DNA of 64,000 bases from assembly GCA_040285745.1 (NCBI GenBank), contig JAUFOR010000004.1:1302001-1366000 (forward strand). The letters run 5' to 3'. Both the position numbers and the translations under genes were made by a program. Under the pieces are notes generated by a model. The model did not search any database, was not told the origin of the DNA, and saw only the letters and a program-made list of their open reading frames with translations. This document shows, one piece after another, positions 10,149-19,834 of the stretch (its first letter is position 1; each line of letters opens with the position of its first letter). Origin of the DNA: Barthelona sp. PCE (taxonomy: Eukaryota).

Positions 10149-12206
10149 ATGTCAAGCGTTTTTCTACCTTTTGAACCGCTTATTCTTACATTTGTGCCGC
10201 ATGTCGATTCTCTCGCTGCTGAGCGCAAGCAGAAATCGTTTGTCGAGTCATACGAGGAGATTGAGATTCTCCAGTACCCAGTAGACAGCCTCAAATGCGA
10301 ATCTCTCCAATCACCATCTCTGTTACTGTTAAACAACATTCCTATCATTTGTTATCAACTTCAATGGTTGGACTACAACGGGTTCACCAGTTGTACAATC
10401 GTCTATACTGACGAGGAGGACGAACTGACGGAAGCCATTCCAAAGATGGTTCGTAGTTGGGTTGAGCACAGAAACCAGGTTAAGCCTCACATGCCGTGGG
10501 ACGAGCCCACCTTCCTTATGGTGCCATCACGTACATCCACAGTTGTTTCATCCACTCCTCTTATGGACGTTAGTTCTAAGCCAGCAATCAGAAAACCGTA
10601 TTTGAGAGAAGTTCTTGACGCCTGGGTAGAATTTGATGGCTTCAAGCAGCATCGTGATATTCTTTTGATTGAGAGCACGTCCATTGCTAACATCTCTTTG
10701 GTAGATTTTGCAAACAAAATTTTGGGCACAGGTGCCACTATTTACAGTGTTATGTCTACTGATTTCCGTCGTGTGGGTTCGGTCAAATCCCGCACCACGT
10801 TCAGGAACGACATGCACTCCCCGCTGGTGAGACTGTGTTTGATCAATGAAGAATCTGATGAAATACTGGACTTCAGGAGCACAAGAGACCTGATGCCTGA
10901 CGAGGACGACCTGCAGACGGACCCTGACTTCTTTGTGGTCCAGAGCGGTCTTCTTCAGAAAAATCCCAGGAGTGTGCTTCGTTATGATCTTAGTTTCGTT
11001 GGTATTCACTACATTAACATCAACACTCTCTACATGCAGCGCCCCACCGAGGCGGCACCGCTGCTATCACCCATTAAGAACCCCAGAGAGAAGAGCGATG
11101 CGGTGAACGCGGCCGCATCCCAGGCGATGATTTGGGAAAGTCTGCATAGCTGCGAGGTTGCGCAGGCGACAAGACCAGGACCTATCTTAACAAAGAATAC
11201 GCCGACTCCGCTGTCCGGCATGGAGGTTTTGATGCGCAATTGCATTGATCTGCACATGTGTCATGGTCTGAAGCAACGATTCCCACCTCGCGGCGAGGAG
11301 AAGAAGGAGGACGGGTACCTCGGCGTGGTTAGAATGCCAACGAGCGGTGTATATGCCTATATTGTAGACCAACCAGACCCGCGTACCCGTAAGAAGTTTA
11401 CACCTTCGATAATGTCAGAAAGCCAAGCACCTAAGAAGAACAAGGCGCCCCCGAAGAAGGCTAAGAAGGCTAAGAAGGGAAAGAAGGGCAAGAAGAAGGG
11501 CGGATCCGGACCGCAGGATTACATGTATGTTACGAAGTTGAATGTCGTACAAGATTACCTTCACGCATGCGAAGACATATATCCTCGCGGATCAGCGCTA
11601 ACCGAGTTCTTAACAAAGACGCGTCTTTCAACCTTTGAATCAACGCCTAAGTTTGATTTTGTTGAACAGGGTATTGAGGTACTCAAGCATAATTACGCAT
11701 CGGAAGATGGAGGAACTAATATCGACGCGGTGCTGGAGTTCTATAAGATTGATGGTGATGAGCTACAAAAGGGTGAGGAAGATGGTCTCCGGAATCGATT
11801 CGTCGCACTTGAGCCGACAACAGTTAAGGGCAGTATTCTATTAGGAGATAACGCAATCTTTGACAGGTACAACAGCACAGACGTGAATATGTTACAGGAA
11901 GTAGTCATTGAGAACTCCACTATTGGTCGAAATTTCAGATGTGGACGAAATGTTTATGTGTATAATAGTATTATTATGGATAACGTTCGTGTCAGAGACG
12001 ACAGTAGCATCATTAACTCGATCATAATGCCCGGTTGCGGTCCCAACATTGGTGAAGAAGCTGTTATTGGTGTCCATTATAAGGAAGCTGGACAGAGAAT
12101 TGATGATTCAACAAAGAACGTCACGTTAGATAGATGTGCTGTTTATTCTTGTACGCAGCGTGGTAACTACAGGAACCTCCGTCGTTTCCTTGACGCTACA
12201 AGCTAA
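10149..12206 (+). CDS. eIF2B gamma/epsilon-like subunit (nucleotidyltransferase-like fold plus left-handed beta helix)
   Basis: PSLLLLNNIPIICYQLQWL; RYDLSFVGIH; hexapeptide repeats IENSTIGRNFRCGRNVYVYNSIIMDNVRVRDDSSIINSII; no W2 tail, so gamma more likely. Confidence 0.7.
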   Translation: MSSVFLPFEPLILTFVPHVDSLAAERKQKSFVESYEEIEILQYPVDSLKCESLQSPSLLLLNNIPIICYQLQWLDYNGFTSCTIVYTDEEDELTEAIPKMVRSWVEHRNQVKPHMPWDEPTFLMVPSRTSTVVSSTPLMDVSSKPAIRKPYLREVLDAWVEFDGFKQHRDILLIESTSIANISLVDFANKILGTGATIYSVMSTDFRRVGSVKSRTTFRNDMHSPLVRLCLINEESDEILDFRSTRDLMPDEDDLQTDPDFFVVQSGLLQKNPRSVLRYDLSFVGIHYININTLYMQRPTEAAPLLSPIKNPREKSDAVNAAASQAMIWESLHSCEVAQATRPGPILTKNTPTPLSGMEVLMRNCIDLHMCHGLKQRFPPRGEEKKEDGYLGVVRMPTSGVYAYIVDQPDPRTRKKFTPSIMSESQAPKKNKAPPKKAKKAKKGKKGKKKGGSGPQDYMYVTKLNVVQDYLHACEDIYPRGSALTEFLTKTRLSTFESTPKFDFVEQGIEVLKHNYASEDGGTNIDAVLEFYKIDGDELQKGEEDGLRNRFVALEPTTVKGSILLGDNAIFDRYNSTDVNMLQEVVIENSTIGRNFRCGRNVYVYNSIIMDNVRVRDDSSIINSIIMPGCGPNIGEEAVIGVHYKEAGQRIDDSTKNVTLDRCAVYSCTQRGNYRNLRRFLDATS

Positions 12207-12228
12207 AATAGATATCGTAAATAAAATA

Positions 12229-13593
12229 TCAAAATTTGTTGAATTCAAAAAAGAGCGTCTGTGCCAATTTTTTGATGTTCTTTGTGACAAGATCAATCTC
12301 CTGCGATATTTCACATATCTTCGTGAACGGATTGAATAGCATCATGATGATGTACCTATTACTTACTATTCTTCCACATACAGCAAAATCCTGACGTCTA
12401 CAGTAATATTCAGTGCTCTGGAATGTCGGGTTTCTCTCTCTATCGAATGTTTTGTTCAAATCAATGTTATTTTCTAACAAATCTTTGTAAGGATCCTGAT
12501 CAAAAGAGTAGGGATGTCCCAAAAAGTATTCATACAACGTGTTGTATATGACGATGCTCTCTCTCTGCTGTTCGAAGCTGTTGTAGTCAAAGGGTGGAAA
12601 ATAAGCTTGATCCAACTTACGATCGATGATACAATAATGCTGACAAAATTTGAGATCCGCGTTTGTTGCATTGATAGGGAGTATGTTGCACCTCTCCTTG
12701 TCATATTGGGACATGCGCATAAACGATTCGAAAAACACATTCGACTCCAGATGATCATTCAATTGCTGGATAGAGCTGACACACGTGTTACCATCGCTGA
12801 GACACATGATGACACAATCGTCGCCTATGCGTTTCGAGGAAACATAGAAGCTACCAGGCGTGGTGTAGGGAAGAGAAATGGGCATGAACGTATACATTTG
12901 ATTTTCGCTGTCATTTAGCGATGGATGGAAATACAAGATGGTGGAGAGCAGGTGCAGCTCCATCGGGGACACGTTCAGCCGCTTCTGCTGAGTGAGGCTG
13001 ACGAGCTTTCCTCTGAAGAATATTCCAGCCATCAACAGGTTAGGGTTCTTTATCAGATCAACGACACGGCTCAGCTCGTTACGCAGCGCGTTGGCGAGCG
13101 GCAGGACATGGTTGGAGACGAAATTGAAACATGGATTGAAACTCATACGGTCAACCAAAGCGTGTAGGGTAGATGTAAAATCGCTTATTTGTTTTGAAAC
13201 ATCAATGTTACGTGACTGCTCTGCCCATTTTTTGTGCTGCCCGAAAAGAGCAAGCCCCACCATTGCGTTGACATGAAGAGATTGTCGCATTAACATACGA
13301 ACGGGTTCTTTTAGGTGTGAAACAATTCCAAAAATGAATGGAAAGTCTCTGAGAAAGACAATATTCGTGTTTTCAGACGATATGTAAAGCGGTACATCGT
13401 TTTCGTCCTTGAGTGCAATGAGAATTACATTAATATATGCAGAAAATGCTGCAATATCAATAGGATCGTCACCCTCGATGTGGCGACAATATACAGGCGT
13501 ACCTGCAAGTGTGTTTACGAAGACATGCTTTTCTTTTGTGCAGAATCCAATAAAACGTGGATCGTTCAGTTCTCTTTCCAATGCATACGTCAT
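12229..13593 (-). CDS. MON1: Mon1/SAND (Rab7 GEF subunit)
   Basis: KHVFVNTLAGTPVYCRH, VLPLANALR, SPMELHLL, FMPISLP. Confidence 0.85.
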   Translation of the reverse strand: MTYALERELNDPRFIGFCTKEKHVFVNTLAGTPVYCRHIEGDDPIDIAAFSAYINVILIALKDENDVPLYISSENTNIVFLRDFPFIFGIVSHLKEPVRMLMRQSLHVNAMVGLALFGQHKKWAEQSRNIDVSKQISDFTSTLHALVDRMSFNPCFNFVSNHVLPLANALRNELSRVVDLIKNPNLLMAGIFFRGKLVSLTQQKRLNVSPMELHLLSTILYFHPSLNDSENQMYTFMPISLPYTTPGSFYVSSKRIGDDCVIMCLSDGNTCVSSIQQLNDHLESNVFFESFMRMSQYDKERCNILPINATNADLKFCQHYCIIDRKLDQAYFPPFDYNSFEQQRESIVIYNTLYEYFLGHPYSFDQDPYKDLLENNIDLNKTFDRERNPTFQSTEYYCRRQDFAVCGRIVSNRYIIMMLFNPFTKICEISQEIDLVTKNIKKLAQTLFFEFNKF

Positions 13594-13676
13594 TTATGTG
13601 TTAATGTGGCTTCAAATACAAGCTCCCCTAAATATGGAGGGCAGAGAAAAGGAAGAAAAGTAAAAAAACGGTTGAT

Positions 13677-14426
13677 TTATTGTGCAATGGTGATGATCGG
13701 TGTTACATCAATACGGAGGGCTTCTAACCTGGTTTTGTGGTCCCTTACGTACTCTACGATCGAGTCTGTGAAGATAATGTGATGAATTGACGTGAAATCA
13801 ATGGCAGTCAAAGCAATCAGTATCTTCAGTGCTTTTTTCACAACTTTATCACTTTTATCCAAGAATTTGTGTAAGAGAGGGGCATAGAGCGTCGCCATGG
13901 CGATCTTAAGCTCATCATTATCAGAAAAAGCGCTTCCAATTAACATGTCTGAAACAACTCGGTTAACGCCAATGTCTGTTTTGTCATTGATTCCAATCCA
14001 TTCCGTGTACTTTATCTGTGATAGGACGGCGTGTGACTTCTGTACAAGCTCAAAGTTACCTGTTAAACATTCATGTAAGAGGCTGAAAATGGAAGATCCA
14101 CATTCGACGTACTGTGCTGGTTTGCTCAAGATCTGTACCAACAAATCAAAGCCGCCAAGCACAAATAGATCGTTGGCATAGTCGATTTTAGTAATAATAT
14201 CTCCAATATCAGTAAGTAAAAGAGAAATTGCCTCACAATCGTAGTTAGAATATTGTTTTAGTATTTCTAGACGCTCTTGCAGCATGGTTCCGGGATCTAT
14301 GCCCATAAGTGATTGAGCAAGATCGTTGTTGAGGTCTGATTTCAGTTCATCAAACGAGGCCCCTTCAGTTTGTGCTTTAACGGACCATTCCAGCAGAGAT
14401 TGCATGTTCTTTTGGGTGGATGTCAT
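13677..14426 (-). CDS. FES1: Hsp70 nucleotide exchange factor Fes1/HspBP1-like
   Basis: MQSLLEWSV N-terminus; IDYANDLFVLGG armadillo motif. Confidence 0.78.
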   Translation of the reverse strand: MTSTQKNMQSLLEWSVKAQTEGASFDELKSDLNNDLAQSLMGIDPGTMLQERLEILKQYSNYDCEAISLLLTDIGDIITKIDYANDLFVLGGFDLLVQILSKPAQYVECGSSIFSLLHECLTGNFELVQKSHAVLSQIKYTEWIGINDKTDIGVNRVVSDMLIGSAFSDNDELKIAMATLYAPLLHKFLDKSDKVVKKALKILIALTAIDFTSIHHIIFTDSIVEYVRDHKTRLEALRIDVTPIITIAQ

Positions 14427-14647
14427 TGTTTGGTGATGTTATATCGAAAAAATAAATGTTAAGGAGAAGAAACGATAATGGGCCCAGGTCCACAAATTTT
14501 TTCAATCGTTATTCCAGGGAAACTGTCTTCCACATGAGAGTAAGGCATTTGCAATTGATGGTTGTAACGAAATGCAAATAGAAAATTTGTATTACTTTAA
14601 CTCACTTCTTTTTGCGATTTATATATTCAACTCTCAACACACAACAC

Positions 14648-15544
14648 ATGAATTTTTTCGAAATGGGGAGAAACGACCCGAGAATGGCGAGAAGGCAAGT
14701 AGCATCACGGGGTTTGTACAAATTACACAGTCTTGCATTTTATGAGCGCGAATACTCTCAAAGCCTTGAGTTCTCAAACAAATTGATTTTACCTGGCAGC
14801 ATGGTTGAGCTCATAAGCGAAGGAATGGATTCAGCATTGCTTTTCAAAGTGAGCCATAACTCAACACATCGATATACGCATTGTGGAGTTGATCAGTTCT
14901 CATCCCCACGCCAGGACACCGTATACGCACCGTATTCCGTGCTCGAAAGTCTCAACAGCGGAGAAGGAGATATTGTTACTTTGGAAAAAGTTACTTTAGT
15001 CAAGGGCTCAAAGATCAGACTTCAAGCACAAAGCACAGACTTTTTGCAAATCGAAAACCCCAAGATGGTATTAGAACAAGCCCTGATTCATAACTATTTT
15101 TGTTTGACTTTGGGAGATACAATGTATTTTCAGCATTTAGGAAAGAAATATGCAATGAATGTATTAGATTTACAACCTGATGAAGCAGTATGTCTTCTTG
15201 ACACCGATTTAACAGTAGATTTTGCAGCTCCTTTAGGTTATGTAGATCCAGAAGATCACCAATCTAACCCATGGGATCAATTCGATGAAGATGAAAAAGC
15301 AAATACAGAAGTATTACAATTGACGTCAAATCCTTTCTCGAACGCTGGTGCCGGGCAAAAGGTGAAGAATGGTTCTTATAATTTGATAATGAATGGAGGT
15401 GGAAAAAGTCCTATTTTGAAACCAAAAGCTGATGATATTACTGAATTTTTCGTTGATTATGACGGTGCACATTATACAATTAAGTTCTTGACCGATCATG
15501 AGGCTCAGTTCTGGGGTAAGAAATATTCAAACAATAAGAAATAA
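14648..15544 (+). CDS. UFD1: Ubiquitin fusion degradation protein Ufd1
   Basis: NKLILPGS, THCGVDQFSS, LQAQSTDFLQIENPKMVLEQAL, DTDLTVDFAAPLGY; first ATG at 14648. Confidence 0.92.
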   Translation: MNFFEMGRNDPRMARRQVASRGLYKLHSLAFYEREYSQSLEFSNKLILPGSMVELISEGMDSALLFKVSHNSTHRYTHCGVDQFSSPRQDTVYAPYSVLESLNSGEGDIVTLEKVTLVKGSKIRLQAQSTDFLQIENPKMVLEQALIHNYFCLTLGDTMYFQHLGKKYAMNVLDLQPDEAVCLLDTDLTVDFAAPLGYVDPEDHQSNPWDQFDEDEKANTEVLQLTSNPFSNAGAGQKVKNGSYNLIMNGGGKSPILKPKADDITEFFVDYDGAHYTIKFLTDHEAQFWGKKYSNNKK

Positions 15545-15596
15545 AAAATCAAAATTTACACTGTTTTTTTTTCAAGATTTTTTTTTTTGCAATGAA

Positions 15597-16004
15597 TTAA
15601 TCTTCGTCAGAGTCCTCCTCTTCAACATCAATAACTGTTAAACACAATGGGGTACCTGGAGAATAACTAATGTAACCAAAATCTTCTAGATCAATGATTG
15701 TAAGAGGATCAGGAAGAGTTTTATCGTTGTACATGATTTTAATCTGTGCGGAATCCACCTGAAACTTCCTCTCAAGCTCATAACGAACGAACTCAACAGT
15801 TTGACCTACAGCAATTTCTATGGTTTTGACGGTCTGATCGGGCAGCGTTAGCTCGATTGTGACCTGATCACCCCTAATTTCAGCATCTTCTTTTTCAAAC
15901 ATCTCTGCACCAGCCTCTTTGGCTTCAGCAAATGCTCCAATACCTTGAACAGCTGGATCAATAGGTGTATCGGAGAAATATTCACAGTCGCTGTCGGAAT
16001 CCAT
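15597..16004 (-). CDS. Small acidic protein with ubiquitin-like domain
   Basis: VTIELTLPDQTVKTIEIAVGQTVEFVR..IMYNDKTLPDPLTIIDL fits a beta-grasp pattern. Confidence 0.7.
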   Translation of the reverse strand: MDSDSDCEYFSDTPIDPAVQGIGAFAEAKEAGAEMFEKEDAEIRGDQVTIELTLPDQTVKTIEIAVGQTVEFVRYELERKFQVDSAQIKIMYNDKTLPDPLTIIDLEDFGYISYSPGTPLCLTVIDVEEEDSDED

Positions 16005-16063
16005 CTTTAAATAGTATGAAAAAAGCGAAAAAAAAATTTAACGTTTATTGCAAGTTGATCAAA

Positions 16064-18520
16064 CTACCAACCCCATTGTTTGTTGCTCTTTGGGGCACTT
16101 TTCTCAGGTATAGGCTTCACAACATTGGGTATTGGTTCCATTTTTGAGTGAGACATGTTAAAATTAGGATTAATTGGACCTAACATCAACCCATATTGTT
16201 TCTGGAACTCCACGAGCTCGGCAAAACTCGGATGCACCTCAACAACGAAAGTAGAATTATAAATAGAATTTGTTAAAAGAAATAATTTCATAATCAATGG
16301 ATCGTGACTTAAGTTACAACGTTCACCATGATTACAATTATTGAATACAAAGTGGAGCCGACATGGAGCAATATCATACGAATGCGAATACTGACATTTA
16401 GATTTGCGTTGACATTTCTTGACAAAATAGAATGGACAAAACACAAAATCCCTAATGTAAGTAGTAGATAAATTCAACCTAGAAAGCAATTCACTGAGAG
16501 CAGGTGGAAAAACACGACTCTCATCAACCATACGCTTCTTGTGTCGATCGTCCACATCAATCATCGTGCTCCGTACCCCCATGTTCTCTGCCTCGTACAT
16601 GCGCCTGATCCCTTCGTGGGCTGGTTCAGTGAACTCCACGAGTAGTACTTCAAGAGGAGGTAGCTTATGGTGCTTTCTTCTGTAAAGATGAATGAACTTA
16701 ACAGCAACGCCAACCATCGCTTCAGGGTTGATGCGCAGCTTACTGGGGTCGTGCACATATGTGCAATCGAGCCCCTTCTGGCAGTTACCATCGGCATAAA
16801 ACATGCAGTCATCAGTCTTTGAAAGGGGGTGCGCCCCAAGTCGCAGCGATGAACCGTCGTTAGAAACACGATGCGACATGCTCACACGTGATTCGTTTAG
16901 CGTGCTCTTTGGAAAGTTAACAGTTGTAATATCCCACTCTGGTGTTCTGAGCAAAAATTTCGCTACACGGTTAGCATTTTTTTTGATTTGATCCCCAACA
17001 ATTTCTTGGTGTGTTTTGTACTTGTGAACTCGTTCAAAATCAGCTAATGCGGTGGCTGAAGTCGTGGAAGTTGACCCGCTGAAGAGTGAGGCACTTCGGG
17101 GCTCAAACACTCGGGTGTGTAGCACTGAATGGTGGGGTATGTAAGTGTCAGCTTCGTTGTCGCTGTCACACAACACCATCACGCGCTCCTTACTGACAAC
17201 GCGCTCCTCCTTCAGCCGCAGAGTGCTTATATGACAATGTGCTAGATTAAAATCAAAAAAAAGAGGTTTAGAAGATGGGTGGTTGGTCTTAACGTCAGCG
17301 CATTCTTTGAGCACTGTTTTGTGCTTCTTAGACAAGAGCCGGCAGTAGCCCATCAGGAAAAGACTGCACAAATCGTTGTTAACATTCGAAAGATGGAATG
17401 TTGGTATTGTGGAATCTGTTAATGGTCGTTCACCTTGGATAACACGTGTTGTCATCTGCGATAGATATTCCCCAAGGACGCGGTCGTACAGCTCCCCGCC
17501 ACTCACCAGCGCATAGTTTGTGAGTGCATATAGAGAACATTCAACAATGGAGTGATCTGAGTGATTTAGGTTGGCAAACAAAAGCGCAACGATAGATTGC
17601 TTCCTCACATCGTCCTCTATGAAGCCGCAGAGCTTTCCTAAATTGACTAAAACACAACCTTTAACAATCATTGGTGCTTCAGAATCCCGAAGAACCATTA
17701 AAAATACTGACATAATTTGGGAGTAATATCTCTTCACGTCTGCTCGTATGATCAGACCCAGCGCATTCATACATGCATATTGGACCATGACTTCGTTATC
17801 GTTTGTCTTTGGATCACACTCTTCGAATTTTGCTAGTACGAGCTCGATGGAGTGTTTGATCAGGCCATGGTCAACTGAACAGTCACCAGTGCTGCAGCAC
17901 ATATGCCCTATAGCCTTGATACCAGCCCATCGAATGCGAAAATGATCGTGATGACAAGCAGCAAGGATTTCTGGTAGAATATCCCTTCTGAACGCTGCGT
18001 TTGTTTGGGCAATGCGCCCACAAGCAATTACGATTGCCCAGAGCAGAGATGGGTGTATTGCTGTTGTTCGAGAAACAAATTGGGATGTGATGAACTCTAT
18101 TATCGTTGCCTGGAGATTTGGGTTCTTTCTGGCAATGCGGCTGAGCGCGCAGTAACCAGCACGGCGCACAAAAACACTTTCTCCCTTATTGTTGCATAGG
18201 TCAAACATAAAACGCATTGCTCCTTCAACTTTTTGTTCATTTGATGCAAGGAGCTTGCCATAGCATCGGACAGCATGTCTTCTCGGGTTTGAACGATATA
18301 TATCAGGGTTGTTGATAACCTTTTCAATTAGTTGAATGCATTTCTCCTTGCTTTTTCCGCTTGATGCCAGGTGTACAAGCCCCTTGATGCTCGATTTCAC
18401 CAGACGGAAGTGATCTGGTGGTGAATCAATGACTGATGTCGCAAAAGAGATAGCGTCGTCCACAAGCATTTCGTAATGACCCTTAATCGTTGGTTTTCGT
18501 TCCTTCTGTGAGGTTTTCAT
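16064..18520 (-). CDS. HEAT/ARM-repeat protein with three C-terminal CCCH zinc fingers
   Basis: HEAT-like VRRAGYCALSRIA, IRWAGIKAIGHM; CMFYADGNCQKGLDCTYVH, CPFYFVKKCQRKSKCQYSH, CRLHFVFNNCNHGERCNLSH. Confidence 0.8.
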   Translation of the reverse strand: MKTSQKERKPTIKGHYEMLVDDAISFATSVIDSPPDHFRLVKSSIKGLVHLASSGKSKEKCIQLIEKVINNPDIYRSNPRRHAVRCYGKLLASNEQKVEGAMRFMFDLCNNKGESVFVRRAGYCALSRIARKNPNLQATIIEFITSQFVSRTTAIHPSLLWAIVIACGRIAQTNAAFRRDILPEILAACHHDHFRIRWAGIKAIGHMCCSTGDCSVDHGLIKHSIELVLAKFEECDPKTNDNEVMVQYACMNALGLIIRADVKRYYSQIMSVFLMVLRDSEAPMIVKGCVLVNLGKLCGFIEDDVRKQSIVALLFANLNHSDHSIVECSLYALTNYALVSGGELYDRVLGEYLSQMTTRVIQGERPLTDSTIPTFHLSNVNNDLCSLFLMGYCRLLSKKHKTVLKECADVKTNHPSSKPLFFDFNLAHCHISTLRLKEERVVSKERVMVLCDSDNEADTYIPHHSVLHTRVFEPRSASLFSGSTSTTSATALADFERVHKYKTHQEIVGDQIKKNANRVAKFLLRTPEWDITTVNFPKSTLNESRVSMSHRVSNDGSSLRLGAHPLSKTDDCMFYADGNCQKGLDCTYVHDPSKLRINPEAMVGVAVKFIHLYRRKHHKLPPLEVLLVEFTEPAHEGIRRMYEAENMGVRSTMIDVDDRHKKRMVDESRVFPPALSELLSRLNLSTTYIRDFVFCPFYFVKKCQRKSKCQYSHSYDIAPCRLHFVFNNCNHGERCNLSHDPLIMKLFLLTNSIYNSTFVVEVHPSFAELVEFQKQYGLMLGPINPNFNMSHSKMEPIPNVVKPIPEKSAPKSNKQWGW

Positions 18521-19060
18521 ATCATGAAATGATGTGTATTATGGGTGAAAAGGGTGGTTTTTGAGGAACAATCTAGTTTTAAGTTTTTTTTTCTCAACGT
18601 ATATGGGTCGTATACACGAATTTTTAGATTCAAGTAATATAAATAATGACTGAATAATGAAAACGGGCAATAAACGTTGTTTAGTTCGTAATGACGCATT
18701 GTAGAATAGAAATTAAGGATTTTTCTTCTTTTATCATTCAGTTTACTAAGTATAATTAGGACCATGACCACAAAAAACGATCTTGGCTAAAGATCCAAAT
18801 AGTTTTTGTGCTACTGAAAAACAGTACATTTATGCATCAATTTCACTCTTAAAATGCGTTTAATAGACAAAGATATGCAAAAAAAGGGAAAATCAAGAGT
18901 TTCCCATAAACACTTTTGGGCTTTTGTGGTGTTATCTCGTTAGAGTAAACTTATGAAGATAAAGTGGAGCGCAATAAGAGCAGTGCCCATTTGCATGGGC
19001 AACATAAGCTAACTAGTGCAATATCACTCATTTTTACTTTTGTTTCCCTTTTCTAACACA

Positions 19061-19795
19061 ATGGAGTCTACCGTATTCTTTTCCCAATTACCATTCAGAG
19101 TCACTGACGATGTATTCATGGGTGATATCCTTAAGGACTTTAAGCAAACTGTGTATGTTTTCTTGTTGTATGACTCAATTAAGGACGTTTTATTCCGTAA
19201 AATCAACCACATACTGTATGTGTGTGGAGTTTTTACTGTAATAATGATTGTATTCCTGTAGAGGGAGTATAATTACGCTTTTTTTCAGTCTACACATTTT
19301 TCAATTTATCTAATTTTTAGTGTTGACGTTCACATTTTCTCCTCAGTTTTCCCCAAAACATGGGCTGTTGTTCTTTTCTCCAGCGCAGAAGTTGCCCAAG
19401 AAGTTATTGACCACTTTGCTGATAGAGTTGAGTATACTTTCATCAACGATCGTGGAGATGAGATTACCTGTAACATCCTTGCCGTCCAGGCCACTAGAAC
19501 TATCGAAGAAGTTAGAGATTCCAAGCCCCAACGTAAGCCTTATCAAGCTCGTCCTAACAAGTCTCGTCGCCCTCGCAAGAGAGCTACCAAGACTGGTTTT
19601 GGTATCCGTGTTGTCGTTGACCCCAACATTGTGGGTAACGATATCGTTTCTTATCTTGATCAGAGCGGTGTTAACTATACCGATACTACTCGTGAGCTTT
19701 CTTACCTTTTCACTCTTGAGGATCGTGAGTCAGTTGAGACCTTGAAGCAGATTGAGATCGAGGGTTACAAGGTTATTGATGTTTCTGATGAGTAA
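19061..19795 (+). CDS. RRM-containing RNA-binding protein; exons 19061-19152 and 19321-19795
   Basis: Spliced: MESTVFFSQLPFRVTDD (RNP2-like)...KTWAVVLFSSAEVAQEVI (RNP1-like), basic linker, possible second degenerate RRM; not shown correctly in the ORF track. Confidence 0.75.
19153..19320 (+). other. 168-nt intron with internal hairpins
   Basis: gtatgt...tctaatttttag; removal restores the frame. Confidence 0.8.
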
Positions 19796-19834
19796 TTAGT
19801 AAAAACTTGGTGTTTTCACATTCCTATCTTTTAT

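Noticed and set aside
19225-19297. snR30/U17 or H/ACA call for the RRM intron (gtattcctg, ACA)
   Set aside because: No second U17 motif downstream, no clear H box, and the ACA is part of the closing stem; kept only as a structured intron.
19320-19745. 141-aa ORF in the track
   Set aside because: Wrong frame; the real exon is exon 2 of the RRM gene ending at 19795.
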